64,000 nt of DNA from a virus. The stretch covers positions 81,526 through 145,525 of the IMG/VR virus record IMGVR_UViG_3300042564_004498; one strand, given 5' to 3'. This document shows, one piece after another, positions 7,889 to 18,052 of the stretch (position 1 is its first letter; every line of letters starts with the position of its first letter). Below the pieces are notes generated by a model. That model did not search any database. It saw only the letters and a list, made by a program, of their open reading frames with translations, and was not told the DNA's origin. The translations under genes and the position numbers were made by a program.

Positions 7889-8116
7889 TTATTGGTTATC
7901 ACTTCGTTTTCCTCTCTTAGTCGGTACTTGGTCGGTTACTTGGTCGGTTACTTGGTCGGTCTTTTTAACTTTACCTCTGTATTCTTTCCAATCTGATTTT
8001 GGTGTGTAAGCCCAGTTACCACCTTTTACTCTAATTCCAGCGTCATAGTCGGTAGTTCTCATAACTTCCCCTAATTCTCTACCTTTTGTTTGTCTAATTA
8101 ATTTAATGCACTTCAT
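7889..8116 (-). CDS. Small basic hypothetical protein with (T)DQV x3 repeat
   Basis: 75 aa ORF. Confidence 0.65.
   Translation of the reverse strand: MKCIKLIRQTKGRELGEVMRTTDYDAGIRVKGGNWAYTPKSDWKEYRGKVKKTDQVTDQVTDQVPTKRGKRSDNQ
7926..7960. repeat. 12-bp tandem repeat (acttggtcggtt) x~3, in frame
   Basis: Read directly from the sequence. Confidence 0.85.
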
Positions 8117-8318
8117 TGTTTCCTCCGTGTTTTTTATTGTTAATAATTATAAGAATTTCTTTATCTGACTTACCTTTACAATATAACTTATGAATAAAAT
8201 CACCCATCTTATCTTCAAAGATTAAAGCATCACTCTTACCATAATATTGTTTTAGCCTACCATTGTTTAAAGCATTAATACTTCCTTCAAGAGTAACCCA
8301 TCGTTTATTAAATCCCAT
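8103..8318 (-). CDS. Hypothetical protein
   Basis: 71 aa ORF overlapping its neighbour. Confidence 0.6.
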   Translation of the reverse strand: MGFNKRWVTLEGSINALNNGRLKQYYGKSDALIFEDKMGDFIHKLYCKGKSDKEILIIINNKKHGGNNEVH

Positions 8319-8335
8319 AAGTAATTATAAGAAAC

Positions 8336-9115
8336 TTATTTTTCAGAGTCAAAGGAATTCATCTTTTCAAGGTTAACAATTTGAAAAATGTATGCCATTA
8401 GTTTTCTTTTCATGATTGGAATCATGGTTTGTTCCATTGGTAGTTTTTGAGAACATTTCATCTCAAATATTGGAAGGTCTTTATAAGAATCTGTATGATT
8501 CCATTTTGTGAAAGTATTGATAACACTAGTTAGTGTCATCCCATTCAAAGTATTATCGTAAATTAAATTAATATAAGTTTTATTATTATGAGTATCCCCT
8601 TTTGGTTTTTTTATTTCATATTCCCAAACCATTAATTTTTCATTTTCTTTATCAAAATAAAACATATAACCCATACCAGAGATTAATCCTTTTTTGTTTT
8701 TTTTAAGAAAAATGTCTGTACTATCATAGGCTAAATTCCATATTGATTTTGCAATATTAAACGCATCAAATAATTTTCCACCTGAAAATGTAAGAGTCTT
8801 ATCTAACTCACTTTCTTCATCATTTGATAATTGTCTTGGTTTTTTTGAAATAAGTTCTTTAACAAGGATTTCATCATCACACGACTCAAATTTTTTATTA
8901 GTCAGTAATAATGTATTTTCTTTAACAATAGATTGTAAGTTCGCCAAATGTAGCGACAATTCAACAAAGTCAGGATATATTTCCAACTTATCAAATCCTT
9001 TTTCACATTTTTGTAAGTAATCTAATAAAGTATATTTGTTATATTCAAAATCAATAGGCTCTTTGAACATCCACTCAGGATTTAACTTAAATGATATTTT
9101 TTTCTTTCTTCCCAT
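8336..9115 (-). CDS. Hypothetical protein
   Basis: 259 aa ORF. Confidence 0.8.
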   Translation of the reverse strand: MGRKKKISFKLNPEWMFKEPIDFEYNKYTLLDYLQKCEKGFDKLEIYPDFVELSLHLANLQSIVKENTLLLTNKKFESCDDEILVKELISKKPRQLSNDEESELDKTLTFSGGKLFDAFNIAKSIWNLAYDSTDIFLKKNKKGLISGMGYMFYFDKENEKLMVWEYEIKKPKGDTHNNKTYINLIYDNTLNGMTLTSVINTFTKWNHTDSYKDLPIFEMKCSQKLPMEQTMIPIMKRKLMAYIFQIVNLEKMNSFDSEK

Positions 9116-9141
9116 TTTTCAATAATACAATTAATGATAAA

Positions 9142-10914
9142 TTAATCAATTCTGATTACATAAAATAACTCATCTTTCACATAAATCTCATCAGCACTAC
9201 CATCATAACTACTTATAGTTGCACCATACCCATCAGCATTTATCACTCCTTGGATAAAATCATCTTTGTCAATATAATTCTCCCAATCTAACCCATAATT
9301 TTGCATGAATTCTTCCGGGTCATAATTAACATCACGAACTAACTCATTAATCTTATCTTCAATCATATCCTCAGGGAAGTCTCCGTCAGGATTGGTTTCT
9401 ATTTCTTCAATCTCTTCTTTAAATTCTTCAATAAGTTCATTTAATTCATCAATCTTGTCTTGAATACTTTCATCTCCTTCACCACCATCCATATGACTTT
9501 CCATGTCATTAATATGGTTTTCAAGTTTTTCAATTTTATTATTCAAGATTTCAATTTTTTCTTCTTGGTCTTCAGATAACATTCTATCCTCATCACTAAA
9601 ATAAGATTCAGGACTATCTCTCACATCATTTTCATAAACATCTTCCGCTTCTTTAACAATAGCTTCGGTGTCCAAATACCCTTGAGCAAATCCTGAGTTA
9701 AATCCTGTATAACCAATATCATCAATTAAATTATCCACGTAGTCATAACAACTTTTTTGCATATCATCATCATCACCAACCCCATATCTTCTACCATCTA
9801 AATCAGCATCAATAACTTCAAATTCAGTTAAGTCATAATGTTGTCCCACAGGAACAATGTTGTACACATCAATATGTCCATCATAAGTTGTTAATTCATC
9901 CTCAAGAGCTTCAATTTCATCTAATATTTCAACATTTTCATCAGGTTCTCCTTCTCTTTCATCATCATCATATCTTCTTTTAAGTACCTCTATCTCATTA
10001 TTAATTCTTAGAATATCCGCCCTGTCATCATTAGTTAATACACTAACATCTGAATTTTCAACAAGAAAGTTTAGTAATGCATGGGCCTCTAATCCTTCAT
10101 CAGGACAATCACCATTCAAATCCCATTCCTCATCTTCTCTTCTCTCTTGAGCGTCTTCCCTCATTCCTTGAACTCTCTGTTGTTCTCTTAATCTTTCAAG
10201 TCTTTCTTTTTCTTTTTTGGCAGAAGCAATATCAGAATATATTTTAAGTTGTTCTCCGTATTCTTGTTGTAAATAAGAATCAACTGAAGATATTATTTCA
10301 TTAATTTTGTTTGTGTTGAGTATCCATCCATTTTTAATTGCCTCATCTTTCGCGTCATAATAAATTGTACCCCCATCAAATTTTCTTAATAACGCAACTT
10401 TATACAATGGGTCACTGGTTGCTTTAGTTCTATCTAAAATGTAGAATAACTTTCCATCTTCATTATATCTTTTGAATTGGTAATCAGATTCTGCCGCAGT
10501 ACACCACTTGGTACCTTTACCATAATAACACGAAGCGTCATGTGTTAATGGATTAACAACAAAAAACTTTCCATCATCATAAACAACATTACCACCCTCA
10601 ACTTTTTTAACATCTCTCCGAGCCCTATTATGATAGTTCACAATTGAGTTTATTAATTCATCAGCATTTTGATATTGTGTAATATCAGTTTTTGGTAGGT
10701 TTGTTGAAATCTTATCAAACCTTTCAAGAGCATCTACTAATTTGGTAAAGTTCTCATCAAAGTTAATGTTGTCAGATACCTTGCCTACCCACTCAAAATA
10801 TTTTTGTGGTACTTTCTCAATAATTTTGTTCAAATTTTCAGGTGAAAATTTCTTTCCATACTTGGATTTAAAGTCATCAACTCTTCCTTCTTGTATTAAT
10901 TTTAAAAAATCCAT
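9142..10914 (-). CDS. Acidic protein with 'ASCYYG..TKWCT' (PcfJ-related) domain and coiled coils
   Basis: 590 aa; domain shared with 16689..18008; LIQE leader. Confidence 0.7.
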   Translation of the reverse strand: MDFLKLIQEGRVDDFKSKYGKKFSPENLNKIIEKVPQKYFEWVGKVSDNINFDENFTKLVDALERFDKISTNLPKTDITQYQNADELINSIVNYHNRARRDVKKVEGGNVVYDDGKFFVVNPLTHDASCYYGKGTKWCTAAESDYQFKRYNEDGKLFYILDRTKATSDPLYKVALLRKFDGGTIYYDAKDEAIKNGWILNTNKINEIISSVDSYLQQEYGEQLKIYSDIASAKKEKERLERLREQQRVQGMREDAQERREDEEWDLNGDCPDEGLEAHALLNFLVENSDVSVLTNDDRADILRINNEIEVLKRRYDDDEREGEPDENVEILDEIEALEDELTTYDGHIDVYNIVPVGQHYDLTEFEVIDADLDGRRYGVGDDDDMQKSCYDYVDNLIDDIGYTGFNSGFAQGYLDTEAIVKEAEDVYENDVRDSPESYFSDEDRMLSEDQEEKIEILNNKIEKLENHINDMESHMDGGEGDESIQDKIDELNELIEEFKEEIEEIETNPDGDFPEDMIEDKINELVRDVNYDPEEFMQNYGLDWENYIDKDDFIQGVINADGYGATISSYDGSADEIYVKDELFYVIRID

Positions 10915-10996
10915 TAATCTTTTATTTAATAAATATCATTTTTATATTATAATTAAACCATAATCACTATTTATAGTAATAAAGTTATTGTTTAAT

Positions 10997-11587
10997 ATGG
11001 TAGGAGGGATTTACAAGATAGAAAATTTAATTGATGGTAAAGTTTATATCGGAAGTTCTATTAATATTATTAGCCGAAAACAAAAACATTTTTGGATGTT
11101 AAAAAAAGGGATTCACGATAATTGTCATCTCCAACATAGTTACAATAAATTTGGTGAGGATTCATTTATATTTGAAGTATTAGAAGAATGTAATAATAAA
11201 GATTTAATAATTAAAGAAAATTATCATATTTTTAAATATAAATCTAACAATAGCGAGTTTGGTTATAATTTGGCAACCGTAAATGAATTTAGAAGAAATA
11301 CATATAATAATGAAGTTAAAGTTAAATTGTCTAAATATAATTTAACCAAGAATGGTAATTTTAATACATATTCACTAACTAATATTCAAACTAATAAAGA
11401 ACACACATTTAATACATTAGTTGACGGCGCCAATTATTTAATTCAAAATGGATTTGCAAAAGGGAAATCTCGGAATGTGAGAATGAAATTATCAAACTCG
11501 CTTAGGGGGATTAAAGTTAACAATGGAAGTAAAACAGAAACAATAAGAAAAACTTGTTATAAACATAATTTTAATATAATAAACTAA
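10997..11587 (+). CDS. GIY-YIG homing endonuclease
   Basis: GIYKIENLIDGKVYIGSS..R..H, HLQHSYNKFG, E, GYN motifs. Confidence 0.9.
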   Translation: MVGGIYKIENLIDGKVYIGSSINIISRKQKHFWMLKKGIHDNCHLQHSYNKFGEDSFIFEVLEECNNKDLIIKENYHIFKYKSNNSEFGYNLATVNEFRRNTYNNEVKVKLSKYNLTKNGNFNTYSLTNIQTNKEHTFNTLVDGANYLIQNGFAKGKSRNVRMKLSNSLRGIKVNNGSKTETIRKTCYKHNFNIIN

Positions 11588-11602
11588 AAAAAACGAATCA
11601 CT

Positions 11603-11764
11603 ATGTCGTGTGGATGCAAAAATAAGCAAAATCAAACACCTGAGCAACAAACCGCTCAAGTTCAACAGGCACAAGCTGTTAAACAACAACAAACTGAAAG
11701 CATTAAACAAGCTATCAAGAAAACTGTTGAGAAGTACTACAATGTAAATAAAACCTCTAACTAA
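11603..11764 (+). CDS. Small Gln-rich protein MSCGCKNK... (53 aa, not in the ORF track)
   Basis: Manual translation; followed by a terminator. Confidence 0.7.
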   Translation: MSCGCKNKQNQTPEQQTAQVQQAQAVKQQQTESIKQAIKKTVEKYYNVNKTSN

Positions 11765-11784
11765 GGAATTTTACATAAATTAAC

Positions 11785-11814
11785 AGAGGGACAATGAAAA
11801 TTGCCCCTTTTTTT
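11785..11814 (+). terminator. Intrinsic terminator
   Basis: GAGGGACAAT-GAAA-ATTGCCCCTT followed by a T-run. Confidence 0.65.
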
Positions 11815-11826
11815 GTATTTATACAT

Positions 11827-12819
11827 ATGGATTTTAATGATATAGTAGAAAAATTTAATAATGGAGATTTAGATGTTGAAAAATATTTTAACGACTATGA
11901 GACTTTCTTCAGTGTATTAAAGAAAAGAGGTTTAATGAGTGAAATAGACCCAAATAATGCCACTGATGGTGACCAATGGCAAAATGAATATTTGTTATGG
12001 TTATACCATAATGATAAAACCGCCTTTAACAAATGGGTACCACCTCTATTGAATGATGTTATTTTTAAAGACGGTGTTTATTATTTGGATGTTGATGATA
12101 GAGGTGAGTTAAGTAAATTATTTTGTGATGGTAGAAATGATATCTCACGAAGTACTATTGAAGGTATTCTTAGCGGTGAAAGTGATTGGGACCCTTATTG
12201 GAACACAACCGATGATGTTTACAGAGATGTTGTTGAAGAGCTTAATGAAGACAATTTAAAACTTCTTGGTGAATACATTGTATCTAATCTTGAGGGTAAA
12301 GAAATTGAACCAGAAACCGAACTTTTGTCTGACATTGCAACATCCCAAGGAACTGAAAATCCAATCATTAATTATGAGAATGTTACTCAAATAATTAGAG
12401 ACGAAGAAACATTAAAATATTTGTGGGACACTGGATTACCAGAACTACACGGAGAATTGTATAGTATTCATAGTCAATCATATAATAATGCGTATGAAGA
12501 TACTGTTTGGGAAGAAGTTTGGAATGAACTTAGTACTTACTTTATAGGTCATGGCGAATGGGTATCAAGACCTCACAGATATAAAAAAGATACCGAAGTT
12601 CAACACTTTGTCATACCAATAGCCAATTTTGAATCCGATATTGTTAAATTTTTAGAAGATAATAAAGGTTACGGTAATTCAGGTACTTTAGAGTATTGGG
12701 GTAGTTACGTAGATGTTTTAAAAGAATGGGCTGATTGTTTGGGTGTTCGCTCACCAGATTACCCTGATTTTCAAAAAGTAGATAAAAATATAAATGAATT
12801 ATTTCCTGATTATATTTAA
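11827..12819 (+). CDS. Acidic hypothetical protein
   Basis: Long ORF; start reassigned to the ATG 4 nt after TATTTAT. Confidence 0.75.
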   Translation: MDFNDIVEKFNNGDLDVEKYFNDYETFFSVLKKRGLMSEIDPNNATDGDQWQNEYLLWLYHNDKTAFNKWVPPLLNDVIFKDGVYYLDVDDRGELSKLFCDGRNDISRSTIEGILSGESDWDPYWNTTDDVYRDVVEELNEDNLKLLGEYIVSNLEGKEIEPETELLSDIATSQGTENPIINYENVTQIIRDEETLKYLWDTGLPELHGELYSIHSQSYNNAYEDTVWEEVWNELSTYFIGHGEWVSRPHRYKKDTEVQHFVIPIANFESDIVKFLEDNKGYGNSGTLEYWGSYVDVLKEWADCLGVRSPDYPDFQKVDKNINELFPDYI

Positions 12820-12896
12820 TATTTTTATAATCTTCTATTCGTTTTATTTTTTAAAATCCCTATTATTCACTCAATAAATAATAATTTAACTTATTG

Positions 12897-13652
12897 ATGA
12901 ATTTAAAGAAAATCGGAAGTAATATCTTTGCAACAAATTTATTTGCAGATTTCATATTATCTAAAATACCAAAAGAAGAACAGTCTATCATAAAAGTGAT
13001 TGATTGTACCAACTTCTTTGTAATTAAAGGAAAAACAACTTATAATGAAGTTTTAGACATTTCAACTTTAACTTCAGAATTTGAAAAAAAATACAAATCA
13101 ATAATTAAAGATGTTAAAATAAGTCACTCGATTGACTTAATTGAATATGGTGTTGATATGTCATCTACATCAGAGATTACTCACACTTATTATTTTACCG
13201 ACAATTGTGCTTATAATCAAAAACAAATTGATTTATTTAAGTCTGAGGATTGTACATACACTAATGAATATGTCCCTAAAAAAATAACCAATGAAGAATT
13301 GGTTACTGTATCTGAATTTCCTCATGGATATTCTCTCGGCCAAGGTAGATTATTATATTACTACGGTAAACACATATTTTATAGTATTCCGTCAGATTAT
13401 TCAACACAATCATTAACATTCAATTTAACCACATTAAAAGATGAAGATGGTGATAACCTACTTAAAGTGTTTAACCCATATCTTGGAACCAATGACGATA
13501 GATTAGTTTCCGCAATTTTAGATGTTTTTGATTTTGATATGTCTTGGTTAAGTACTGAAATGAAAAAAGTGGATTGGAGTATAGAACTCACAAATCCACT
13601 TAAAGAATATTCTGTAATTAAAGAAAAAAATAAAGATTTAATTTTATTCTAA
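12897..13652 (+). CDS. Hypothetical protein, possibly a degenerate SAM-synthetase (MetK)-like fold
   Basis: NLFADFILSKI / NFFVIKGKTT / GRLLYYYGKHIFYSI loosely echo MetK segments; canonical catalytic motifs absent. Confidence 0.4.
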   Translation: MNLKKIGSNIFATNLFADFILSKIPKEEQSIIKVIDCTNFFVIKGKTTYNEVLDISTLTSEFEKKYKSIIKDVKISHSIDLIEYGVDMSSTSEITHTYYFTDNCAYNQKQIDLFKSEDCTYTNEYVPKKITNEELVTVSEFPHGYSLGQGRLLYYYGKHIFYSIPSDYSTQSLTFNLTTLKDEDGDNLLKVFNPYLGTNDDRLVSAILDVFDFDMSWLSTEMKKVDWSIELTNPLKEYSVIKEKNKDLILF

Positions 13653-13948
13653 ATAATTCCTACGTTTTTTCTATGTTGATTAACAATATCAACCGCTTCT
13701 GTAAGTTCATAATAATTTTTATCAGGAACATATAAAAAAGATTCATGGTTTTCACCATCACCTTCAATAATTAATAATGCAGGAATCATATCGTTTTCAG
13801 TTATTTGACTGAATGTGTCATATTCATCCTTATAGACCTCAATATCTCTATCAAAAAATTCAACACCTTCTTTAGTTAATAACTCTTTGAACTCTGTACA
13901 AAATGGACAACCTTGCATCGTGTACACAATAACATTTAAATCTTTCAT
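13649..13948 (-). CDS. Glutaredoxin
   Basis: VYTMQGCPFC active site and MIP cis-Pro motif. Confidence 0.85.
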   Translation of the reverse strand: MKDLNVIVYTMQGCPFCTEFKELLTKEGVEFFDRDIEVYKDEYDTFSQITENDMIPALLIIEGDGENHESFLYVPDKNYYELTEAVDIVNQHRKNVGII

Positions 13949-13953
13949 TTTAA

Positions 13954-14274
13954 TTAGTTTAACAAAGCAAGTACTTGGTCTGGTTGTAAAATCCCCGCTT
14001 GGGAGAATGTTTGCATTCCTTCCTTGAAGACTTTTATTGTTGGGACGCTTCTGATTCCTAACTCTCTCATATAATCCATATCACTTTCGATATCAAATTT
14101 ATACACCCCATATGTAGGTGTTCCTGTAGATTCTTTAATTAACGATTCATTAACTTTTTCTAAGTTAACTAACATTACTTTACATGGGCCACACCATGTT
14201 GCGAATAAATCTAATACAAAACTTTCTTTGTTAATAATTTTTTGTTTTAATTCTTCAGATGTTATTTGTTGCAT
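13954..14274 (-). CDS. trxA: Thioredoxin
   Basis: FATWCGPCK and GIRSVPT. Confidence 0.9.
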   Translation of the reverse strand: MQQITSEELKQKIINKESFVLDLFATWCGPCKVMLVNLEKVNESLIKESTGTPTYGVYKFDIESDMDYMRELGIRSVPTIKVFKEGMQTFSQAGILQPDQVLALLN

Positions 14275-14602
14275 TTTTAAATTGTTTTAATACTTGACCA
14301 ATAAATAAGTCAAATTCGTTTGATTGTTCTTGTTTATAGTGAATAGTTACTTCAATCATTTGTTGTTGACCAGTAATGTATTCATGTTCTCTAAATAAAT
14401 AAATATAAAACCCTTGTGTTGTTTTATACAATTTTTCTTTATAAATTCTTTTACCATCTGTATCCATAGTAAAATGACTATGAATTATGATTACCTTTTT
14501 ACCTCCAATAAATACATCAAATTCAATTGGTAGTGATAGAGTCATTGTTGAGAATATTTCTCCTTTCTCCTCAAGTTTTAATATGTACTTAGATATATTC
14601 AT
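14255..14602 (-). CDS. Hypothetical protein
   Basis: ORF coupled between the PcfJ-like gene and thioredoxin; start at second Met. Confidence 0.65.
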   Translation of the reverse strand: MNISKYILKLEEKGEIFSTMTLSLPIEFDVFIGGKKVIIIHSHFTMDTDGKRIYKEKLYKTTQGFYIYLFREHEYITGQQQMIEVTIHYKQEQSNEFDLFIGQVLKQFKNATNNI

Positions 14603-16266
14603 TAGAAAAGGTCCCACATAGATTTTTCTGCGCCATCAATATTTTTATAAGACCATTTTAATTCATTGTTTTCCCAATATGAATCAGAATTAAGTTTTAT
14701 ACCATTCTTACATTCCTTATCAATTTTAACCGTTTTGAATCTTTTGTCCTTTAAACAAGATAATACAACATCATCTAATTTAAATAGAATATCATTCCAT
14801 TCTTCCCCTAATTTATTATTAAATCTACCTAAACTTTGGATTCGTTTAATCTTAACTTTATCATCTTGTTTAGTAATATAATACTCAATAGTCGCTCTTT
14901 CGTAATTAGACTCATTTCTGAGAGATATAATGAACGAACTCGCCTTTCCAATGTATGCCTTCACACAGTTTGATTGCGTTGAGCTTTCCTCGTTATATTC
15001 GTAACTGTTGGTTAATAAGATTGGAGCGTATTCACCAATCTTATTTTGTATTTTATTCACAAAATATTCAGGGTAATTTCTTTGATAAAACCCTTGTTTA
15101 TAAAACTGAGCCTTATCCGTCCAATCCAAGTGTTCTCGTCTGAATTCATCTCTATTGTTTTCTGACAACCATCTTAAATCTCTCTCCCCGAATAATTTTA
15201 ATTCAGTGTACATTCTTATGTGGTCTTGAAAGGAATATGAATCCATCACCCCATCAACATAGACTCTTTTAAAAATAGAATAGACTCTTTTTAATTCATC
15301 ATTAGATATTAGTGTTTTAAATTCCACAGGAATATATGCATTATATTCTACTTTTGAACCTAACAATTTAGTAATTACGTCTCCATCTTGATTTAACCAA
15401 TCATCACCAAACATATCTTTAGCGTGCCGGTACAATCCAACATTCAAACTTTTACAAGTATGTAGAGCGGTCTTTAGTTTTTTACCTGATAATCCCTCAC
15501 TAATCATAAACGACTCAACAAGTTTATTACCATTTTTCTTTAATACTTTTCTTATTTTTGGACCAACAAGAATTGTTGAATAACAATCAAAGTTATTAGG
15601 ATATTTTATTTGTCTTTTATCTAAATAAAATTTAAATAATCTTTGACTAAAATCCATATCTCCAAAATCTTCTCTACCATCTAATTCAAACATGAATTTA
15701 GAAATGGCTTGGATAACAATATCATTATTACTATTACCAAAAATCATTGATAGACTGTTTTTAATCTTTGACTTCATTAAATTAATTGGGTCGTTACCAA
15801 AATAATTTCTATTAATTTTTTTAGAACACTTTATTTTATTTTGATAATTGTGAATAAATCCAGTATAAACATCACCAGTTCTTGTATTAACACTTATGTA
15901 ATCAATGTTTCTTGAAATCTTAAACCAAGTTTTACCCACTCTTCTATGTCTAAAACCATTGAAGAATTTTAAGGCAAGTTTATCCCCATTTTTTTCAACC
16001 ACAACCATTGCGGTATATTTTGTTATTTCATACATTGGATTACCATAATTCTCAACATATGTTTCCTCATCTTTTGTGGTTTTTTCAACAATAAATAATG
16101 GGTGTTTTGAAGTAGGTGGATTAAACTGATTAAAAGAAATTTCATCGTTTAACCAATCATCACTTGACGCAAGTTTTTTGTCCCCTCTCCAATTGATAGG
16201 TGATATGGATTTGTGTAAGACATTGGTATAAACTTGGTAACTTTGTTTGAATAGTTCTACTTTCAT
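14602..16266 (-). CDS. PcfJ-like domain protein
   Basis: C-terminal EESSTQSNCVKAY..IISLR..RATIEY..IQSLGRFN; ATG 4 nt after TATCTTTG. Confidence 0.7.
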   Translation of the reverse strand: MKVELFKQSYQVYTNVLHKSISPINWRGDKKLASSDDWLNDEISFNQFNPPTSKHPLFIVEKTTKDEETYVENYGNPMYEITKYTAMVVVEKNGDKLALKFFNGFRHRRVGKTWFKISRNIDYISVNTRTGDVYTGFIHNYQNKIKCSKKINRNYFGNDPINLMKSKIKNSLSMIFGNSNNDIVIQAISKFMFELDGREDFGDMDFSQRLFKFYLDKRQIKYPNNFDCYSTILVGPKIRKVLKKNGNKLVESFMISEGLSGKKLKTALHTCKSLNVGLYRHAKDMFGDDWLNQDGDVITKLLGSKVEYNAYIPVEFKTLISNDELKRVYSIFKRVYVDGVMDSYSFQDHIRMYTELKLFGERDLRWLSENNRDEFRREHLDWTDKAQFYKQGFYQRNYPEYFVNKIQNKIGEYAPILLTNSYEYNEESSTQSNCVKAYIGKASSFIISLRNESNYERATIEYYITKQDDKVKIKRIQSLGRFNNKLGEEWNDILFKLDDVVLSCLKDKRFKTVKIDKECKNGIKLNSDSYWENNELKWSYKNIDGAEKSMWDLF

Positions 16267-16270
16267 ACCA

Positions 16271-16303
16271 CAAAGATAATGAAAAATAAAAAAGGAGAAC
16301 AAA
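16271..16303 (-). promoter_or_regulatory. Bacteroidetes-type promoter (probably leaderless)
   Basis: TTTG-N21-TATCTTTG-N4-ATG. Confidence 0.7.
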
Positions 16304-16320
16304 TTTTGCTCTCCTTTTTT
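16288..16320. terminator. Terminator-like hairpin with A/T runs on both sides
   Basis: AAAAAAGGAGAACAAA..TTTGCTCTCCTTTTTT. Confidence 0.6.
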
Positions 16321-16326
16321 AATATT

Positions 16327-16662
16327 TTAAGACATTTTTTTTATTTCGTCTCTTATTCTTGCAGCTTCTTCATAATCTTCATTCTCAATTGCCGTATTCA
16401 GTCTATCAGTTAAGTCATAAACCGTTTCAGTATTTGAACTTTCAAGTCTTTTTTTCTCATTTAACTGAACACATATTTCAAGAATTTGTTTTCTAGTTAA
16501 AACATAGTCGTCCCCTTTTTTATAATTTTCAAATGAGAACTCTTTTAACATACGATAAAAATCTCGTTCCTTATCCTTTGGGACTAAACTAAGTAAGTCT
16601 TTTGGATTTTCTTTGAAAAATTTGACGAGTCCGCTTATGTAAACTTCAACATCAACATTCAT
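16327..16662 (-). CDS. UVR (UvrB/UvrC motif) domain protein
   Basis: C-terminal LNTAIENEDYEEAARIRDEIKK. Confidence 0.8.
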   Translation of the reverse strand: MNVDVEVYISGLVKFFKENPKDLLSLVPKDKERDFYRMLKEFSFENYKKGDDYVLTRKQILEICVQLNEKKRLESSNTETVYDLTDRLNTAIENEDYEEAARIRDEIKKMS

Positions 16663-16688
16663 ATTATTTTAATTTAAAAGTTAAACAA

Positions 16689-18008
16689 TTAGTCTTGAAG
16701 GTCCCACATTCCTCCACCCATGTCAGTTCCTTTCGCTTTGATTGCTTCAGGTACCTCAACATTATTACTTCCTTTTAAGTTTAAGAAATATAAGTTTGGT
16801 AAATTTACAATACATTCAGGAATTGTTCTTAATTCAGGATTGTTAATCAAAGCCAAGAATCTTAATTTAGGTAGTGTACAGATTGAATCCGGTATAGATG
16901 TTACACAATTATCCAATAAAATCATATTCAAATCTTTGAATCTTCCAATTTCTTCAGGAATTGTAATTACAATACCATTACCTTTATTATCTCTATTTTG
17001 GATTTGAAACTCTTTTAATGTATCTGGTAAATTACCAATCAAATCATCTAATCCGTAAAGAGCAATAAACTTACCAATTGCCCCGTGACTGAAACTATCA
17101 ATAACTAATTTCTCTCCACCCACAGTAAGACCTTTTGCAAATTCAGGTTTAAAGAAGTCTTTTAATTCTTGCATTGGTCCGTTTAATAACGCAACCAAAT
17201 CTTGTTGACGGTCATCTTTATCCATAAACTGAGCGTCAGGGAAATGGAATTGATATCTATTCTTAGGTAAACCTGTCATTGGGCTTACATCAGTATCATT
17301 AGGATTAAAAATAACATATAACGGACCCTTACTAATATATCTATCGAACCATGATGCGCCAGGAGCTGATGTACACCATCTTGTTTCTTGGTTATTACCA
17401 CCATAAAAACATGCTGCTTCTTTACCTACTGCGCCCTTATCATTAATTTCAATAACTCTCCAATCATCACCATCAAAAACAAGTTTACCACCAGGGTGAA
17501 CTTCCGCTTGTTTTCTTTCAGACTTAGTTGTTGTTGCCAATGTTAAGTCAAAATCTTTAACAGCATCGTATAATTGGTCAATGGTCATCTTATTGATGTC
17601 TTTCTCTCCTTTAATTCTTGCTTTAAATCTGTCAAACTTTTTAAGGTCATCAGTAACTTTATAAAGGTCTTCCATAAAGGTTGACTTTACTTGTGCCACT
17701 TCTCTATCGTATCCGTTATCACCAGGTTGTCTTTCTGTTGATGGTGTTAAATAATTTTTAATTAACCATTGAACATACTTACCAGCTTTTACTTTAGATA
17801 GGTCTTCAGATTTTGCGGTATCAATATCTACATTATTTAATTTAGTTGTAGGGTCAGCTTTAACTAAATCAATAAATTCTTTTTTACTTAATCGAGGCTT
17901 ACTTTTAACCCCACCTTTATTTTCTCCTGGTTTTGTCAAAGCATTAAATAATACTTCAAATCTTGATTGCTCGGATATAATAGTTCTTAATAACGACGTA
18001 AATTTCAT
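16689..18008 (-). CDS. WCT-motif (PcfJ-related) domain plus C-terminal leucine-rich repeats
   Basis: EAACFYGG..TRWCTSA; IPEEIGRFKDL..IPDSICTLPKLRFLAL..IPECIVNLPNLYFLNL. Confidence 0.75.
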   Translation of the reverse strand: MKFTSLLRTIISEQSRFEVLFNALTKPGENKGGVKSKPRLSKKEFIDLVKADPTTKLNNVDIDTAKSEDLSKVKAGKYVQWLIKNYLTPSTERQPGDNGYDREVAQVKSTFMEDLYKVTDDLKKFDRFKARIKGEKDINKMTIDQLYDAVKDFDLTLATTTKSERKQAEVHPGGKLVFDGDDWRVIEINDKGAVGKEAACFYGGNNQETRWCTSAPGASWFDRYISKGPLYVIFNPNDTDVSPMTGLPKNRYQFHFPDAQFMDKDDRQQDLVALLNGPMQELKDFFKPEFAKGLTVGGEKLVIDSFSHGAIGKFIALYGLDDLIGNLPDTLKEFQIQNRDNKGNGIVITIPEEIGRFKDLNMILLDNCVTSIPDSICTLPKLRFLALINNPELRTIPECIVNLPNLYFLNLKGSNNVEVPEAIKAKGTDMGGGMWDLQD

Positions 18009-18052
18009 CTATTTTGATTTATTAATAAATATATTGTGATTGCAAAAATATG

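Noticed and set aside
10997-11587. Group I intron around the GIY-YIG gene
   Set aside because: Flanks are very short, AT-rich and unstructured, and no split gene surrounds it
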